DNA of 64,000 nucleotides from Chiloscyllium plagiosum (Eukaryota), in the NCBI RefSeq assembly GCF_004010195.1, contig NC_057754.1, positions 9,737,700 to 9,801,699 of the forward strand, in the 5' to 3' direction. Position 1 is the first letter of the stretch; the number at the start of each line of letters is the position of its first letter. The notes under the pieces were generated by a model. That model saw only the letters and a list, made by a program, of their open reading frames with translations. It did no database searches and was not told where the DNA came from. This document shows, one piece after another, positions 12,144 to 24,468 of the stretch. The position numbers were made by a program, and so were the translations under genes.

Positions 12144-13655
12144 CGTTTGACACCAAGAACAGCCATGTAAGAATCCTATCCATTGACGACAGTTCAGCCT
12201 TCAACACTATTATCCCCTCGAGACTGATTACTAAACTTAGTGATCTCGGACTAAGCCCCACTCTCTGCAACCGGATCCTCAGTTTCCTGACCCACAGGCC
12301 ACAATCAGTGAACACTGGGGACAATATTTCATCCTCACTAACACTCAACACTGGAGTCCCCCCAGGGATGCGTACTCAGCCCCCTACTGTACTCACTGTA
12401 TACCCATGACTGCTTCGCCAAATACCAGACTAATGCCATTTACAAGTTCGCTGATGACACCACCATAGTTGGTCAAATCTCAGATGGCGATGAAACAGAC
12501 CACAGACAGGAGGTGGATGACCTGGAAAAACGGTGCACTGAGAACAACCCAGCTCTCAATGCTGGCAAAACCAAGGAACTCATTATTGACTTCTGGCAGG
12601 ATGTTATTCATGCCCCCCCTACACATAAACAGCACAGAGGTGGAACGAGTGGAGAGTGGCAAGCTCCTGGGACTGGTCATCAACAACAAGCTTTCTTGGA
12701 CTCTTCATCTGGACGCACTGGTAACAAAGGCCCAACAACGTCTCTTCTTCCTCAGACAGCTGAGAAAATTTGACATGATGGCGAATACCCTTGCCAATTT
12801 TTATAGGTGCACCATCGAGAACATTCTGTCTGGATGTATCACTACCTGGTATAGCAACTGTACCATTCAAAATCTGAGACGGTTACGGAGAGTGGTGAAC
12901 TCGGCCCGGACAATCACAAAGGCCAACAGCCCATCTGTGGAATCCATATAGATTAGATTCCCTACAGTGTGGAAACAGGCCCTTCGACCCTCTGAAGAGT
13001 AACCCACCCAGACCCATCTCCCTCTGACTAATGAACCTAACACTATGGGCAATTTAGCATAGCCAATTCACCTGACCTGGACGTCTTTGTGACGGTGGGA
13101 GGAAACCAGAGCACCCGGAGGAAACCCACGCAGACACGTGGAGAATGTGCAAACTCCACACAGTCAGTCACCCAAGGCTGGGATCGAACCTGGGACCACG
13201 GTGCTGTGAGGCAGCGGTGCTAACCACTGAGCCACAGTGCCGCCCCTTTTAAAGCAAACCGAGCCTGCTGTGTTGAGCGTAAATGCTTAACACACTGAAG
13301 TGCACATGGCGACTCGCACGTTTATACTGGGCCCGCTGTCAAGGAAAGGCCACCAGCATTCTCAAAGATCCATCCTACCCTGGCAATGTTTTTCTACAAC
13401 CTCTACCATTGGGGAGAAGGTACAGAAGCCTGAACACACGCATCAGCTGGTTTCGAAACAATTTCTACCCTACTGTTGTTAGAGTACTGAATGGACTCAC
13501 AAACGCTTAGCATTCGCCTGTACCTCTGTTTTTGTTTTGCTGCTGTTATCTATGCTATTTAACTAATTTAACTATGTGGTCTGCCTATATTGCTCGCAAG
13601 ACAAAGCTTTTCACTGTGCCTTGGTACATGTGACAATAAATTCAATTCAATTCAA
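12144..13655 (+). mobile_element. Rex1/Babar-clade LINE, 5'-truncated
   Basis: [71 protein letters not shown]; ends with aataaa and a (ttcaa)3 tail. Confidence 0.9.
12951..13322 (-). mobile_element. HE1-like SINE (12951-13246) plus 76 bp extra 5' sequence, inserted in Rex1
   Basis: Full SINE body; Rex1 reading S-I-Y-W-A-R-C is restored by removing the insert with a tata duplication (12947-12950 / 13323-13326). Confidence 0.85.
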
Positions 13656-16079
13656 GGGTATATCGTGCCTCACAAACCTTATTGAGTTCTTTGAGAAGGT
13701 GACCAACCAGGTGGATAAGGGTGAAGCAGTTGATCTGTATATGGATTTCAGTAAGGCGTTTGATAAGGTTCCCTACGGTAGGCTATTGCACAAAATACAG
13801 AGGCACGGGATTGAGGATGACTTAGTGGTTTGGATGAGAAATTGGCTCGCTCAAAGAAGACAGAGGGTGGTGGTTGATGGGAAATGTTCATCCTGGAGTT
13901 CAGTTACTAGTGGTGTACTGCAAGGACCCGTTTTGGGGCCACTGCTGTTTGTCATTTTCATAAATTACCTGGATGAGGACATCGAAGGATGGGTTAGTAA
14001 ATTTGTGAATAACACTTCGGTTGGTTGTGAATAGTGACAAAGGATGTTTTACGGTACACAGGGACATAGATAAGCTGCAGAGCTGGGCTGAGAGGTGGCA
14101 AATGGAGTTTAATGCAGAAAAGTGTGAGGTGATTCACTTTGAAAGGAGTAACAGGAATTCAGAGTAATGGCCTAATGGTAAGATTCTTGGAAGCGTAGAT
14201 GTGCAGAGACGTCTCTGTGTCCAGGTATATAGATCCTTGAAAGTTGCCATCCAGGTTGATAGGGTTGTTAAGAAGGCATATGATGTGTTAGCTTTTATTG
14301 TTAGAGGGATTGAATTTCAGAACCATGAGGTCATGCTGCAGTTGTACAAAACTCTGGTGCAGCCACACCTGGAGAACTGCATACAGTTCTGGTCACCGTT
14401 TTAGCGGAAGAATGTTGAACTTTGGAAAGGGTTTAGAGGAGATTTACTTGATGTTGCCTGGTATGGAGGGAAGGCCTTACAAGGAAAGACTGAGGGACTT
14501 GAGGCTCTGTAGAGAAGGTTGAGAGATGACTTAATTGACACATAAGAGGGTTAAAAAAAGGTTGGACAGTGAGAGCCTTTTTCCTCAGATGGCAATGGCT
14601 AGCATGAGGAGACATAGCTTTAAATTGAGGGGTGATAGATATCGGACAGATGTCAGAGGTAATTTCTTTACTCAGAGTAGTAGGGTCATGGAATGCACTA
14701 CCTGCAATAATAGTAGACTCGCCAACCTTTTGGGCATTGGATAGGCACTTGGATGAGGATGGATTAGTGTAGATTGGATGGGCTTCAGATTGATTTCACA
14801 GGTCGGCGCAACAGCGAGGGCCAAAGGGCCTGTACTGCTCTGTAATATTCTATGTTCTATGATAGGGGCACTTAAGGGACTTTTAGATAAGCATATAAAT
14901 ATGCAAGGAATGGAGGGTTATTGACCAAGGGCAGGCAGAAAGGAATAGTATAATTTGGTGTCATTTTGGCATAACACTTAATGCAACCTTGGAGTGCAGG
15001 TTCATAGTTCCTTGGAAGTGGAGTTGCAGGTAGAGTAGTGAAGAAAGCGTTTGGTACACTTGTCTTTATTGGTCAGTGCATTGAATACTGGAGTTGGGAG
15101 ATCATGTTGCGGCTGTACAGGACATTGGTTAGGCCACTTTTGGAATATTGCGTGCAATTCTGGTCTCCTTCCTATTGGAAGGATGTTGTGAAACTTGAAA
15201 GGGGTTCAGAAAAGAGTTACAAGGATGTTGTCAGGTTTGGAGGATTTGAGCTATAGGGAGGGGTTGAATAGGCTGGGGCTGTTTTCCTTGGAGCGTCAAG
15301 AGCTGAGGGGTGACCTTTGTGAGGTTTTATAAAATCATGAGGGGCATGGATAGGGTAAATAGCCAAGGTCTTTTCCTAGGGTAGGGGAGTTCAAAACTAG
15401 TATACATAGGTGAGAGGGGAAAGACTTTAAAGGAACTGACGAGACAACTTTTTCACACAGAGGGTGGTGCATGTATGGAATGAGTTACCAGAGAAAGTGG
15501 TAGAAGCTGGTATAGTTACAACATTTCAAAGGCATCTGGATGGGTATATGAATAGGAAGGTTTTAGAGGGAGATGGGCCAAATGGGACTAAATTAATTTC
15601 GGATATGTAGTCAGCATGGGCAAGTTGGACTGAAGGGTCCATTTCCGTGCTGTATAGCTCTACGACTCTATAACATTGTGGGCTGAAGTGTCCGTTCCTG
15701 TGCTGTTCTGTTCTAAATACAATTCTTTGGTTTAATTGAATACTTTAGATGGGGTACCCAGAATTGAACACATACACTTGCTATATGATGAGGATTTTAA
15801 ATGTTCTTGTGCTGAAATTGTTGTGTCTACCTCAGAACCATGAGGCCTGGATTCAAGTATCACCTGTTCCAGCGGTGTGTAATGACAAGTCTGAACAGGC
15901 AACTTAGAAAATAAAAACTGAAAGAATGGTGGATGCTAAATCAGAAACAAAAACAAAAGTTGCCAGAAATGCGCTGCAGACCTGGCAGCAGCTGTGGAGA
16001 CAAATCAGAGTTAACATTTCGGGTTCAGAGACCCTTCCTCAGAAGCATTGCTTAGAAAATATCTATAATCAGGGTTTTG

Positions 16080-16268
16080 AATATCTTGGTGATTTTGCAG
16101 TCACATCAATATCCGAAATCTGCTCCAACAAAGCAACAGACAAACCTTTTCCCTTCCACACTCAAAGGACGCTGACTGTCATGTTCTGATGATTCAAGCG
16201 ACTCTGTCACATCTTGATGTGATGCTTGGTTTGAGTTTCCCATCTTTATATTCTTTCCACTTAATACC
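16080..16268 (-). pseudogene. ZNF main-exon 5' module lacking its finger array (or an internal exon of gene A)
   Basis: Acceptor gtttgacag|G (16269-16270); frame VLSGKNIKMGNSNQASHQDVTESLESSEHDSQRPLSVEGKRFVCC is homologous to the N-terminus of gene A. Confidence 0.6.
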
Positions 16269-16374
16269 CTGTCAAACGAGTTACAAAAAAAGTCATCACT
16301 ATTGGTACAGGATAGAAGCTCAGAAAAAATACATCTGCTTGGATTTGCTGTCTACTTCCTCCCCTGGTAATTCA

Positions 16375-16775
16375 GACTGACCGCGCATGTGCGCTGCTAC
16401 CCATTGTCCACATAAAGATGGCGGCCGTTACCTGGGCTCGAGACGACGGTTCAGGCTCGCAGCTGCTGACTAGTTTGGTACAAATACGTTTCCAATTTGA
16501 GTCTAGGGGCCTGCACCATGTGGTTTTTCAGCTTTTCCAATCGACAATCAGTCCATTTCTATCCTGCAGTCAGCCTGTTTATCTTCCTTGGCGGCCTCCA
16601 ACCCCCCAGCAACGACCCACGCTTCCGTCAAATCACCAATGCGCCTGCGCGGAGACCTGAAGCGGTCATGTGACCTAACTAGTGTCCACCCACCATTCAC
16701 TCCAATTGGTTGGCAGCCCAGCCTCAGTCTGACTGACGGAAACTGCTAGCCAATCAGTCGCGGCCCATTGCGAGA
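16375..16775 (-). promoter_or_regulatory. CpG-rich ZNF promoter/first exon
   Basis: YY1 motif aagatggcgg (16415-16424), NRF1-like gcgcatgtgcgc and gcgcctgcgc, several CCAAT boxes, donor CCCAG|GTAAC at 16431 giving a 163-bp intron to 16269. Confidence 0.7.
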
Positions 16776-16949
16776 TGAATGACATTAATGTGTTTCATCG
16801 CACACAGGTCGTATCCACCCCCTCAGGGCCTAGAAACACAGGTTCAAATCCCGCCTGTTCCAAAAATGTACAATTATATCTCTGAACAGGTTGATGCAAA
16901 AATGAAATGGGGCTAAGTATTCCACACCTTCATCATCACTGGTTCCAAT

Positions 16950-17770
16950 CGCCGGTGGGCTGTGGCTGTTTGGGAACTTGGTGGGTTGCAGGTACCAGGA
17001 GCTGGATCCTGCCACAGAAATTGGCAAATAAAAGGTACCAGTGGTGAGAGTGGGGTGCTGGAATAGCACAGCTGGTCAGGCAGCACCCAGGAGCAGGAGA
17101 ATCAACGGTTTGGGGCAAGAGCCCTTTATCACGAATGATTCCTGATAAACGGCTTATGCCCGACTGCCTGACCTACTGAGCTTTTCTAGAACCACGCTCT
17201 CAACTCTGATCTCCAGCATCTTCAGTCCTTTCTCCCAAATAAAAGGGACCAGTGGATTTCGAGCTCCTGGCCAATGCAAACCGTCACCTGGAAATCACAG
17301 TGCTCAGGCACAACACTGTGCCTCATTTGGAGGATACTCAGGGATCCCACCTGTATGTATTCCTGCTCCAATTTCATATCAGACCTAGTTTCCTGAACCT
17401 TGCTCAGGAGGCTGCACCCCACAATCTGAGTTGCCTTATGGGAATGCCCCCTCCCCACTATGTCCTTCCGCCTGAAGAAAAGTTTTTTTGTGCATGTGCT
17501 CCACTTCCTATTCCTTTGTTTGTTGCCCAGACATGCCTTGCATAGTTTTCTTTACTGCAAGACAGAGTCCCCAGTCAAGGGCTGTTTACCCAGGAGTCCT
17601 CCAACTTTCCATTGGGCACCTGGGGTGGAGGATGTTGTATAAAGCAATTCCATGTAACCACATACTGCAATGACTTATGGACTCCCAGACCAACTGTTTA
17701 TTTTGCAGAGCTGTGGACCATGTATATATTGGTACAGGGTGATTTGTCTTTTTAGGTATTTGAAACATTA
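16950..17770 (+). mobile_element. Tx1/L1-clade LINE ORF2 C-terminal remnant
   Basis: LGWRMLYKAIPCN...CLFC...DHVY, like the C-terminal zinc-knuckle region of Tx1-type RTs. Confidence 0.65.
17045..17235. mobile_element. PLE family A hairpin insertion (degenerate)
   Basis: TSD caaataaaagg(t/g)accagtgg at 17025-17044 and 17236-17255; inverted arms of the family A terminus. Confidence 0.85.
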
Positions 17771-17890
17771 CACCTTCTCCAGAGCTGTCGTAACATCTCT
17801 GAACAAATTGATTAGATAATATCCTTGCGGTGAGTCTCAGCGGAGGCTAATAAATTCTACATGTGGCCCTGGAGAGGAACTTGGTGCCAA

Positions 17891-18270
17891 TTTCATGATT
17901 GCCACGCAAGGGTTGAAGCAGCGTAGACCTGAGCGATGCGGCAGGACCCTGTGGTAACACTCAGTGCCTGTCTGGGAAATTTAAGTCTGCAATTCCTTTG
18001 TGGTGATTGTAAACAGGTCAGCCAGGTAGACCTCAAAGAACATGGCTTCCCTGATTGGACGTGGTTTACAGCCCCAGTCAGGGAGCACAGATTGACAGAT
18101 ACAAACAAGAGTGTCAGGGATTCTGCTCACCCTGAGAACTGGCTCTGAGGAATCCAGACCAGTGTCAAGTATTATGCATGTGCAATGAAAGGTGACTTGG
18201 TGTTGGGATACCAGCCTCTGTGGAGTTATTTCAGTGGTGATGAGATTGGGATTAATGATGTAACCATGCA
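17891..18270 (+). mobile_element. Gypsy-type LTR with tRNA-Ser primer-binding site
   Basis: LTR ends ggagttatttCA (18233); tggtgatgagattgggat (18235-18252) matches the tRNA-Ser(GCU) 3' complement TGGCGACGAGGATGGGAT at 14/18, two differences being CpG transitions. Confidence 0.7.
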
Positions 18271-18774
18271 AAGCACCTGCTAGCTGAAGCCCAAATAGAC
18301 TTCAAACAGACACTACAAAGGTTTAGAAGAACAAGTGCAGGGAAATGTGGATAGCACGGATGGACATTTTGTTCAGCATGGACCAAAGGGCCTGTTTCCG
18401 CGCTGTAGGACTCTATGACTCTAACTGGCTTTGTCATGAGAAAATACGACAAGTGGAGCATATGAGTTACACAGAGTGCTGATGGAAGTGGACACCCTTA
18501 CCAGGCTGATGAAGCTTGGAGGACACCACTTGAGTGAAGACAATTGCATAGCCTCACTCAGGACATCATACCCTGGACAGAAGAACTCTGGGTCAACCCA
18601 CAGCAAACTTCTGAAGCAAAGCCAAGCCTCGGCCAAACAGTTAACATTTTCTTCAGGATCCGGGGCAGCAAGCCATTGTAGATGCTGCAGGTATGCAGTT
18701 TTCATGATTTACAGTATGGAAACAGACCCTTTGGTCCAACTCATCCATGCTGACCAGATATCCCAAATTGAACT

Positions 18775-20050
18775 AAAGAACAAAGAAAATTTACAGCCCA
18801 TGAACAGGCCCTTTAGTCCTCTAAGCCTGAGCTGATCCAAATCCACTGCCTAAACCTATCGGCCAAAGCCTAAGGATCTGTATCCCTCTGCTTCCCACCT
18901 ACTCATGCATCTCTCCAGAATCACCTTAAGTGAATCTACTGTGCCTGCCTCTACATATAAAGTCCATGTATATGACATCTACAGCCCTTCCTTCATCTAT
19001 CGACTTGGTCACTTCCTCAAAGAACTCTATTAAGTTGGTAAGGCACGGTCTGCCCTGCACAAAACCATGTTGCCTATCACGGATTAACCCATTCTTTTCC
19101 AAATATAAATAGATTCTATCCCTCAATACCTTCTCCAGCAACTTTCCCACAACTGACGTCAGGCTCACTGGTCTGTAGGTACCTGGAATATCCCGACTAC
19201 CCTTCTTGTAAAGGGGGGAACATTAGCAACTCCCCCAGTCCTCTGGCACTTCATCTATGTTTAAGAATGCTACAAAGATATCTGTCAGGGCCCCAGCTAT
19301 TTCTTCTCTCACCTCCCTCAGCAACCTGGGATAGATGCCATCTGGTCCTGGGGATTTGTCCACTTAATATCCTTTCGCCTACTCAACACATCTTCCCTCC
19401 TTATATCAACGTGATCCAGAGAAAACAAACTTCTATCTCTAATCCCAACATTCATCATGTCCCTCTCCTCAGTGAACACTGATGCAAAGTAATCTTTGAG
19501 AATCTCACCTATTTTCTCAGGTTTGACACACAAACTTCCTTCCTTATCCTCTAGTTACCCTCTTGCTTATTATATATGAATAAAAGGCCTTGGGATTCTT
19601 CTTAATTCTGCTCGCTGATTTCATGACCCCTTTGAGCCTGCTTGATTCCTCATTTACGATTGGTCTTACTGTCCCGATATTCCTCCAAGACCCGTTCTGT
19701 TCCCAGCTGCCTAGACCTTACATACACTTCATTTTTCCTCTTGGCTAGTCACACAATTTGTTAATAGTTAATCCCATTGGCCAGCTAAATGCTTCCTATT
19801 TATGTATCAATCCAGGTGTCTTTTAAATGTTGCAATTGTAGCAAGTCCTACACCTCCTCCAGCAGCTCATTCCACACACCCATCGCCCTCTTAGATGGTT
19901 CTCCTTTCACCTTAAACCTATACTTTCTAGTTTTGGACTCCTCCATCCTGGAGACATGGCCTTGCCTATTCACTGTATCCATGCCCCTCATGATTTTATA
20001 AACATCAAAGGTCAATTCTCAGCCTTCAGGCTAAATAGCCTCAGACTATT
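18775..20050 (-). mobile_element. CR1 LINE fragments
   Basis: SLTSVVGKLLEKVLRDRIY...QHGFVQGRPCLTNLIEFFEEVT. Confidence 0.88.
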
Positions 20051-20499
20051 CAAACTCGATGCCTTTAGCACCTGAAGAGGATGAATTTCTTGTGCGATGC
20101 TCCGGGCGTAAGAGGCAGGCTGCAGTCTGGTGCACACCCCACTGTATCTGGGAACTGGATCCGGTGGCAAAACACCCCAAGAGAGGCTACAAGAAAAAGG
20201 TCAGATCAACGTCCTGCACCCCCATTAGTAGGGGAGAGATGCTGCGATTGGAATGAGGTCAGCCCAGGTGGATTTTCCTGATTGGTGCTGTTAACCTGGT
20301 TCAGGAGATTCAGAGTCTTCTCAATGTAGGGGACTGACTCTGTGCTGGCTGGGCCACAATCAGTGTGTTACTGTTAACCTGGGACAATCAGGAAAGCCCT
20401 GGCTGACTGATATAAACAGGAGATTTAGTTTCTCCTCAGTTTAGGGGACTGACTCTGTGCTGGCTGGGCCACAATCAGTATGTTACTGTTGGTTTCTGC

Positions 20500-22184
20500 T
20501 TTTTTTTGGAAGGGGAAACCTGATTTCTGAACTGGCTGAACTATTGAGCCAGTTTGTTAAGTGGTATTCCTTTAATGAGGACTGATTTCTAAACTCCTGA
20601 TGCACATAATGTGTTTCGGGTTAACTCAATTCTCATTAGGGGATTGTTGTTTCACTGGCTGGTTACGGCCTGTGTGTTACTCTTTTCTCTTTCACGTTTG
20701 AGAAAAGGACAATGTTGATTTTGTGATAGGGCTTAGCCCTTGGACTCTAGTTTTCTTTGTTTTTTGTATGTGTCTTCACTGTTTTTTTGGTGTTTGGACT
20801 GAGCCCTTGTGAAGAAATACATCTTACCACAAGAGCTGTTCCTGTAGGGAGGCCTAGCCCTGAGACTGGGCCTCTGCAGATTGAACACGTGTGCATGTGC
20901 TGGGAGGTGAGCACTTGGTGTATCCTGGAGTTTGGGAGAAGACGTTTCCTTCAGGAGTGGACCAAACCCCTGTGAGTTAACAGCACCTTTACAATATATT
21001 GTGTTCCTGTGAGTGGGCCTGGTTTTCCAAGGATGGGCCAGGACTCCATGGAGATTGAATACCTGTCGGGTGTGCATTTGCTGGCCTCGATTGTGGACTC
21101 TGTTTTTAGCAACGGACTCTGCAGTTTGGAGTGGACTCCATTTCTGACAATGCACATTGTATACCAGAGTGGACTCTGTTCCTGGAAATGGACTCTACAT
21201 TTTGAAGAGAACTTTCTATGCTAATGGACTCTATGTACCAGAAAGGACTCTGTTTGGTTGATAATTAACTCTGTCATGTGGTACGTTGGGTTTATCACCT
21301 GCACTGTCTTGTGTGTCCCTGGGTCTGGCAGGCCTTATCGTGAGCTGGGAGGCTCAAAGGTCATCCTGAAAGCTGTTACCCTGAGAGCCGGAGGTTGGAT
21401 AGGCCATTCTGTGAACCTGAAGGTTGGTAGGCTGTCCCGAAAGCTGGAGGGTGGGTAGGCCACCCCATGCCAGTCACGCTGAGAGCCAGAAGGTGGGTAG
21501 GCCATTCTGGGCGCTGTCGTCCCGAGAAGGGGTAATCGGGACGGCCTGTCCTAGAGGTGGTTGGAAGGTGTCAGAGCAGCCGAGAGCCAGAAGGCGCGTA
21601 GGGGCAGGCTGAGATACGGAAGGCTTGTGAGCTACCCTGCGTGCTGTCATCCCTGGGGAAGGGGACGGACTGTCCTAGAGGAGGCTGGAAGGTGTGTCAG
21701 GGTAGTCCACAGGCCAGATGGCGCATCTGGGTGGGTAAGAGCCTAATGGTACGTAGGGCAGACCAAGAGCTGGAAGACAGGTAGGCCGTCCTCAGCGCTG
21801 TCACCCCGGGCGGGCACCGGGGCGGGCTGTCCTAGAGGTGTTCAAAAGGTGTGTTCAGGGTAGACCAAGAACTGGAAGATGGGTAAGGGCGGGCCGCCTT
21901 AGAGTGGCCGGAAGGTGGGAGGGGCTTGCTGGGTTTCTGTATTGTATACACTTTTTAATGTAATTGGACTGTCTTGTATGTACAAATGTCTTTGTTACTG
22001 TTTTGTGGTGATTGAAACTTGGATTTGGGGTTTGTCCTCATTTCCCTGAAAACTGGTTGAATGTTGGGGTTTGGGGCCTGGTTTTGCTGCCCCTCTCCCT
22101 TGTAAAATTACTGTTTCTCTGTAAACAGCTGTAAATTTTAACTGGTTTGTAAACTGTGAATTGCTTAATAAAATATTTTTTAAA
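20500..22184 (+). mobile_element. Probable non-LTR (Tx1/L1-like) 3' portion with GC-rich internal tandem repeats
   Basis: T-rich 3' UTR ending aataaaatattttttaaaa; ~120-140-bp imperfect repeats containing ctgtcctagagg at 21330-21910; no clear ORF. Confidence 0.4.
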
Positions 22185-22765
22185 ACAGGCATTTTGATTT
22201 AATCCCTGCCCTCCCCTTCACTGTTTGATCACGCAGCATTGCTCTTTGATGTGAAGGGCACTGCTTGTCACTGGCCACTTGGGTGTGTCTTTTCTTCCTG
22301 GTAATGGAAATTGAATAAAGATTCGTGCACCTTGTGTCTCACACCTGCACGCACACAACATGGGTGTGGGGGGGAAATAAGCACTACCACAGTTAGGCGG
22401 TAGTTAAAGGGAGGAAAGAAAGAACAGAAAAAATCCCAAATTAAACAGGAGTGGAGGCTTAGATACCCTGTTCACTCAGTGCTGCCTCGGAGGGAGCTGG
22501 ATCAGTGTTTGAAGGACTCTTCACTTTTCTGTGTTAAGAACGAGAGAAGACTGACTTCTGAACAGCCTAGAACCACACAGTCAGTGTATCTTATTTACTG
22601 CTGTAAACAAAAACAGGCATTTTGATTTAATCCCTGCCTTCTCCTTCACTTTTTATTTGATATCGCAGCATTGCCCTTTGATGTGAAGGGCACTGCTCGT
22701 CATTAGCCACTCAGGCATTTCCTTTCTTCCTGGTGGTGGAATACTAAAAAAAAACCAAACAGGCA
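22183..22765. repeat. Two copies of an unclassified ~140-250-bp element (22183-22440, 22611-22765)
   Basis: Both start aaacaggcattttgatttaatccctgcc...cgcagcattgc.ctttgatgtgaagggcactgct. Confidence 0.75.
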
Positions 22766-23077
22766 TGTAAGCAAAAAAAGAAAAAAAAAGACATGTCACA
22801 GCTGCCTCTCAGGAACTGGACCAGTGTCAAGTGTGCTATGCATGTGTAAATAAAGGGTGACTTGGTGACAGGGTACCAGCCTTTATAGAGTTATTTCATC
22901 CTGTATCTAGTTTTCTCTTCATTCTTCCAAAGGATGTGAATATTGCTGATAAAGCCACACACATTTCTCATCCGTCCTGAACTGTCCATAAACCAAGTGA
23001 TTCGCTGAGCCATTTCAGATAGCAGTTACGGATCAACCACATTACATGTGACTCCAGAGTAAAGACTGTATAGTAAA

Positions 23078-23157
23078 CTAAACCAGATGGCAGATTATAA
23101 ATACAAACAGAAAATGCTAAACCAGATGGCAGATTATAAATACAAACAGAAAATGCT
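23078..23157. repeat. Perfect 39-bp tandem duplication
   Basis: ctaaaccagatggcagattataaatacaaacagaaaatg occurs at 23078 and 23117. Confidence 0.9.
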
Positions 23158-23297
23158 GAACAAATTCAGCAGGTCCAGCAGCATCTTTGGAGAGAGAAAA
23201 ACAGCTAGTCTTTGGAGTCCAACGTGACTTGTTCAGAACTTGGGAATGGCAGATTTCCTTCCTGATAGTTCTTAGCGAGAGGCATTAGAAGTATAAA

Positions 23298-24055
23298 GCC
23301 ATAGAGTTGTAAGCACGGAAACAGACGCTTTGATCCAACTCGTCCATGCCAACCAGACATCCTGAATTAATCTCGTCCCATTTGCCAGCAATTGGCCCAT
23401 GTTCCTCGAAACCCTTTCTATTCAAATACACATCCAGATGCCTTTTAAATCTTTAATTGTACCAGTCTCCACCACTTCCTCTGGCAGCTCATGCCACACA
23501 TGCACCACTCTGTGCATGAAGAAGTTGCCCCTCTTAAATCTCCCTCCTCTCACCTTACACCTATACCCTCTAGTTTTGGACTCCATTACCCCAGGGAAAG
23601 GACTTTTACTATTCACCCTGCCTATGCCTCCCATGATTTTATAAATGTTTATAAGGTCACCCCACAGTTTCCGATGCTCCAGGGAAAATAGCCCAAGCCT
23701 ATTCAGCCTCTCCTTATCATTCAAACCCTCCAACCCTGGCACTATCCTTGTAAATCTTTTCTGAACCTTTTCAAGTTTCACAACATCCTTCCTATGGCAG
23801 GCAGACCAGAATTGCACGCAATATTCCGACAGTGGCCTAACCACTGTCCTGTACAGCTGCAACATGATCTCCCAACTCCTACACACAATGCACTGACCAA
23901 TAAAAGCAAGCATATCAAATGCCTTCTTCACTATCCTATCTACCTGCGATTCCACTTTCACGAACTATGAATCTGCACTCCAAGGGTTTTTTCTGTTCAA
24001 CAACACATCCCAGGAACTTATGGTTAAGTGTATAAGTCCTGCCCTGATTTGTCTT
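23298..24055 (-). mobile_element. CR1 LINE 3' end
   Basis: KVESQVDRIVKKAF...EYCVQFWS...RLNRLGLFSLE. Confidence 0.92.
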
Positions 24056-24261
24056 TGTAGATGGGCTTCTCATGATGAATGATGATGATTGTGGCACTGA
24101 AACTGTCATTACAACTGGCTTTCAAATCAGAATTCCACTGCCACGGCTGGATTGGAATCTATACACTGAATGATAATCAAGTGTAGATTATCGAGCTGGA
24201 TAACACAAGGATCAGCAGCAGCTGTTCACAATATATATCAAAGTCGAACTGTATTATTCCC

Positions 24262-24468
24262 GATTTGGAGATGCCGGTGTTGGACTGGGGTGTACAAAGT
24301 TAACAATCACACAACACCAGGTTACAGTCCAACAGGTTTAATTGGAAGCACACTAGCTTTCGGAGCGACGCTCCTGTGTCACCTGATGAAGGAGCGTCGC
24401 TCCAAAAGCTGGTGTGCTTTCAATTAAACCTGTTGGACCAGAACCTGGTGTTCTGTGATTTTTAACTT
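24262..24468. mobile_element. PLE family B hairpin insertion inside a CR1 fragment
   Basis: TSD tgtattattccc at 24250-24261 and 24469-24480; inverted arms; mutated hammerhead ctgatgaaggagcgtcgctccaaaagctg. Confidence 0.88.

Larger units (their letters stand above)
11000..15715 (+). mobile_element. CR1 LINE mosaic (EN-RT-3' end) interrupted by Rex1
   Basis: SDHNSV, ENPKAFYRYI, WRITNVVPLFKK, CLTNLIEFFE...DFSKAFDKVP, EYCVQFWSP. Confidence 0.9.
20255..22898 (+). mobile_element. Second, fragmented Gypsy-type LTR carrying nested insertions
   Basis: Pieces homologous to the 17891 LTR: cctgattgg...caatcaggaaagccctggctgactgatataaacagg (~20280-20420), 22441-22525, and gtaaataaagggtgacttggtg...gagttatttca (to 22898). 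Confidence 0.6.
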
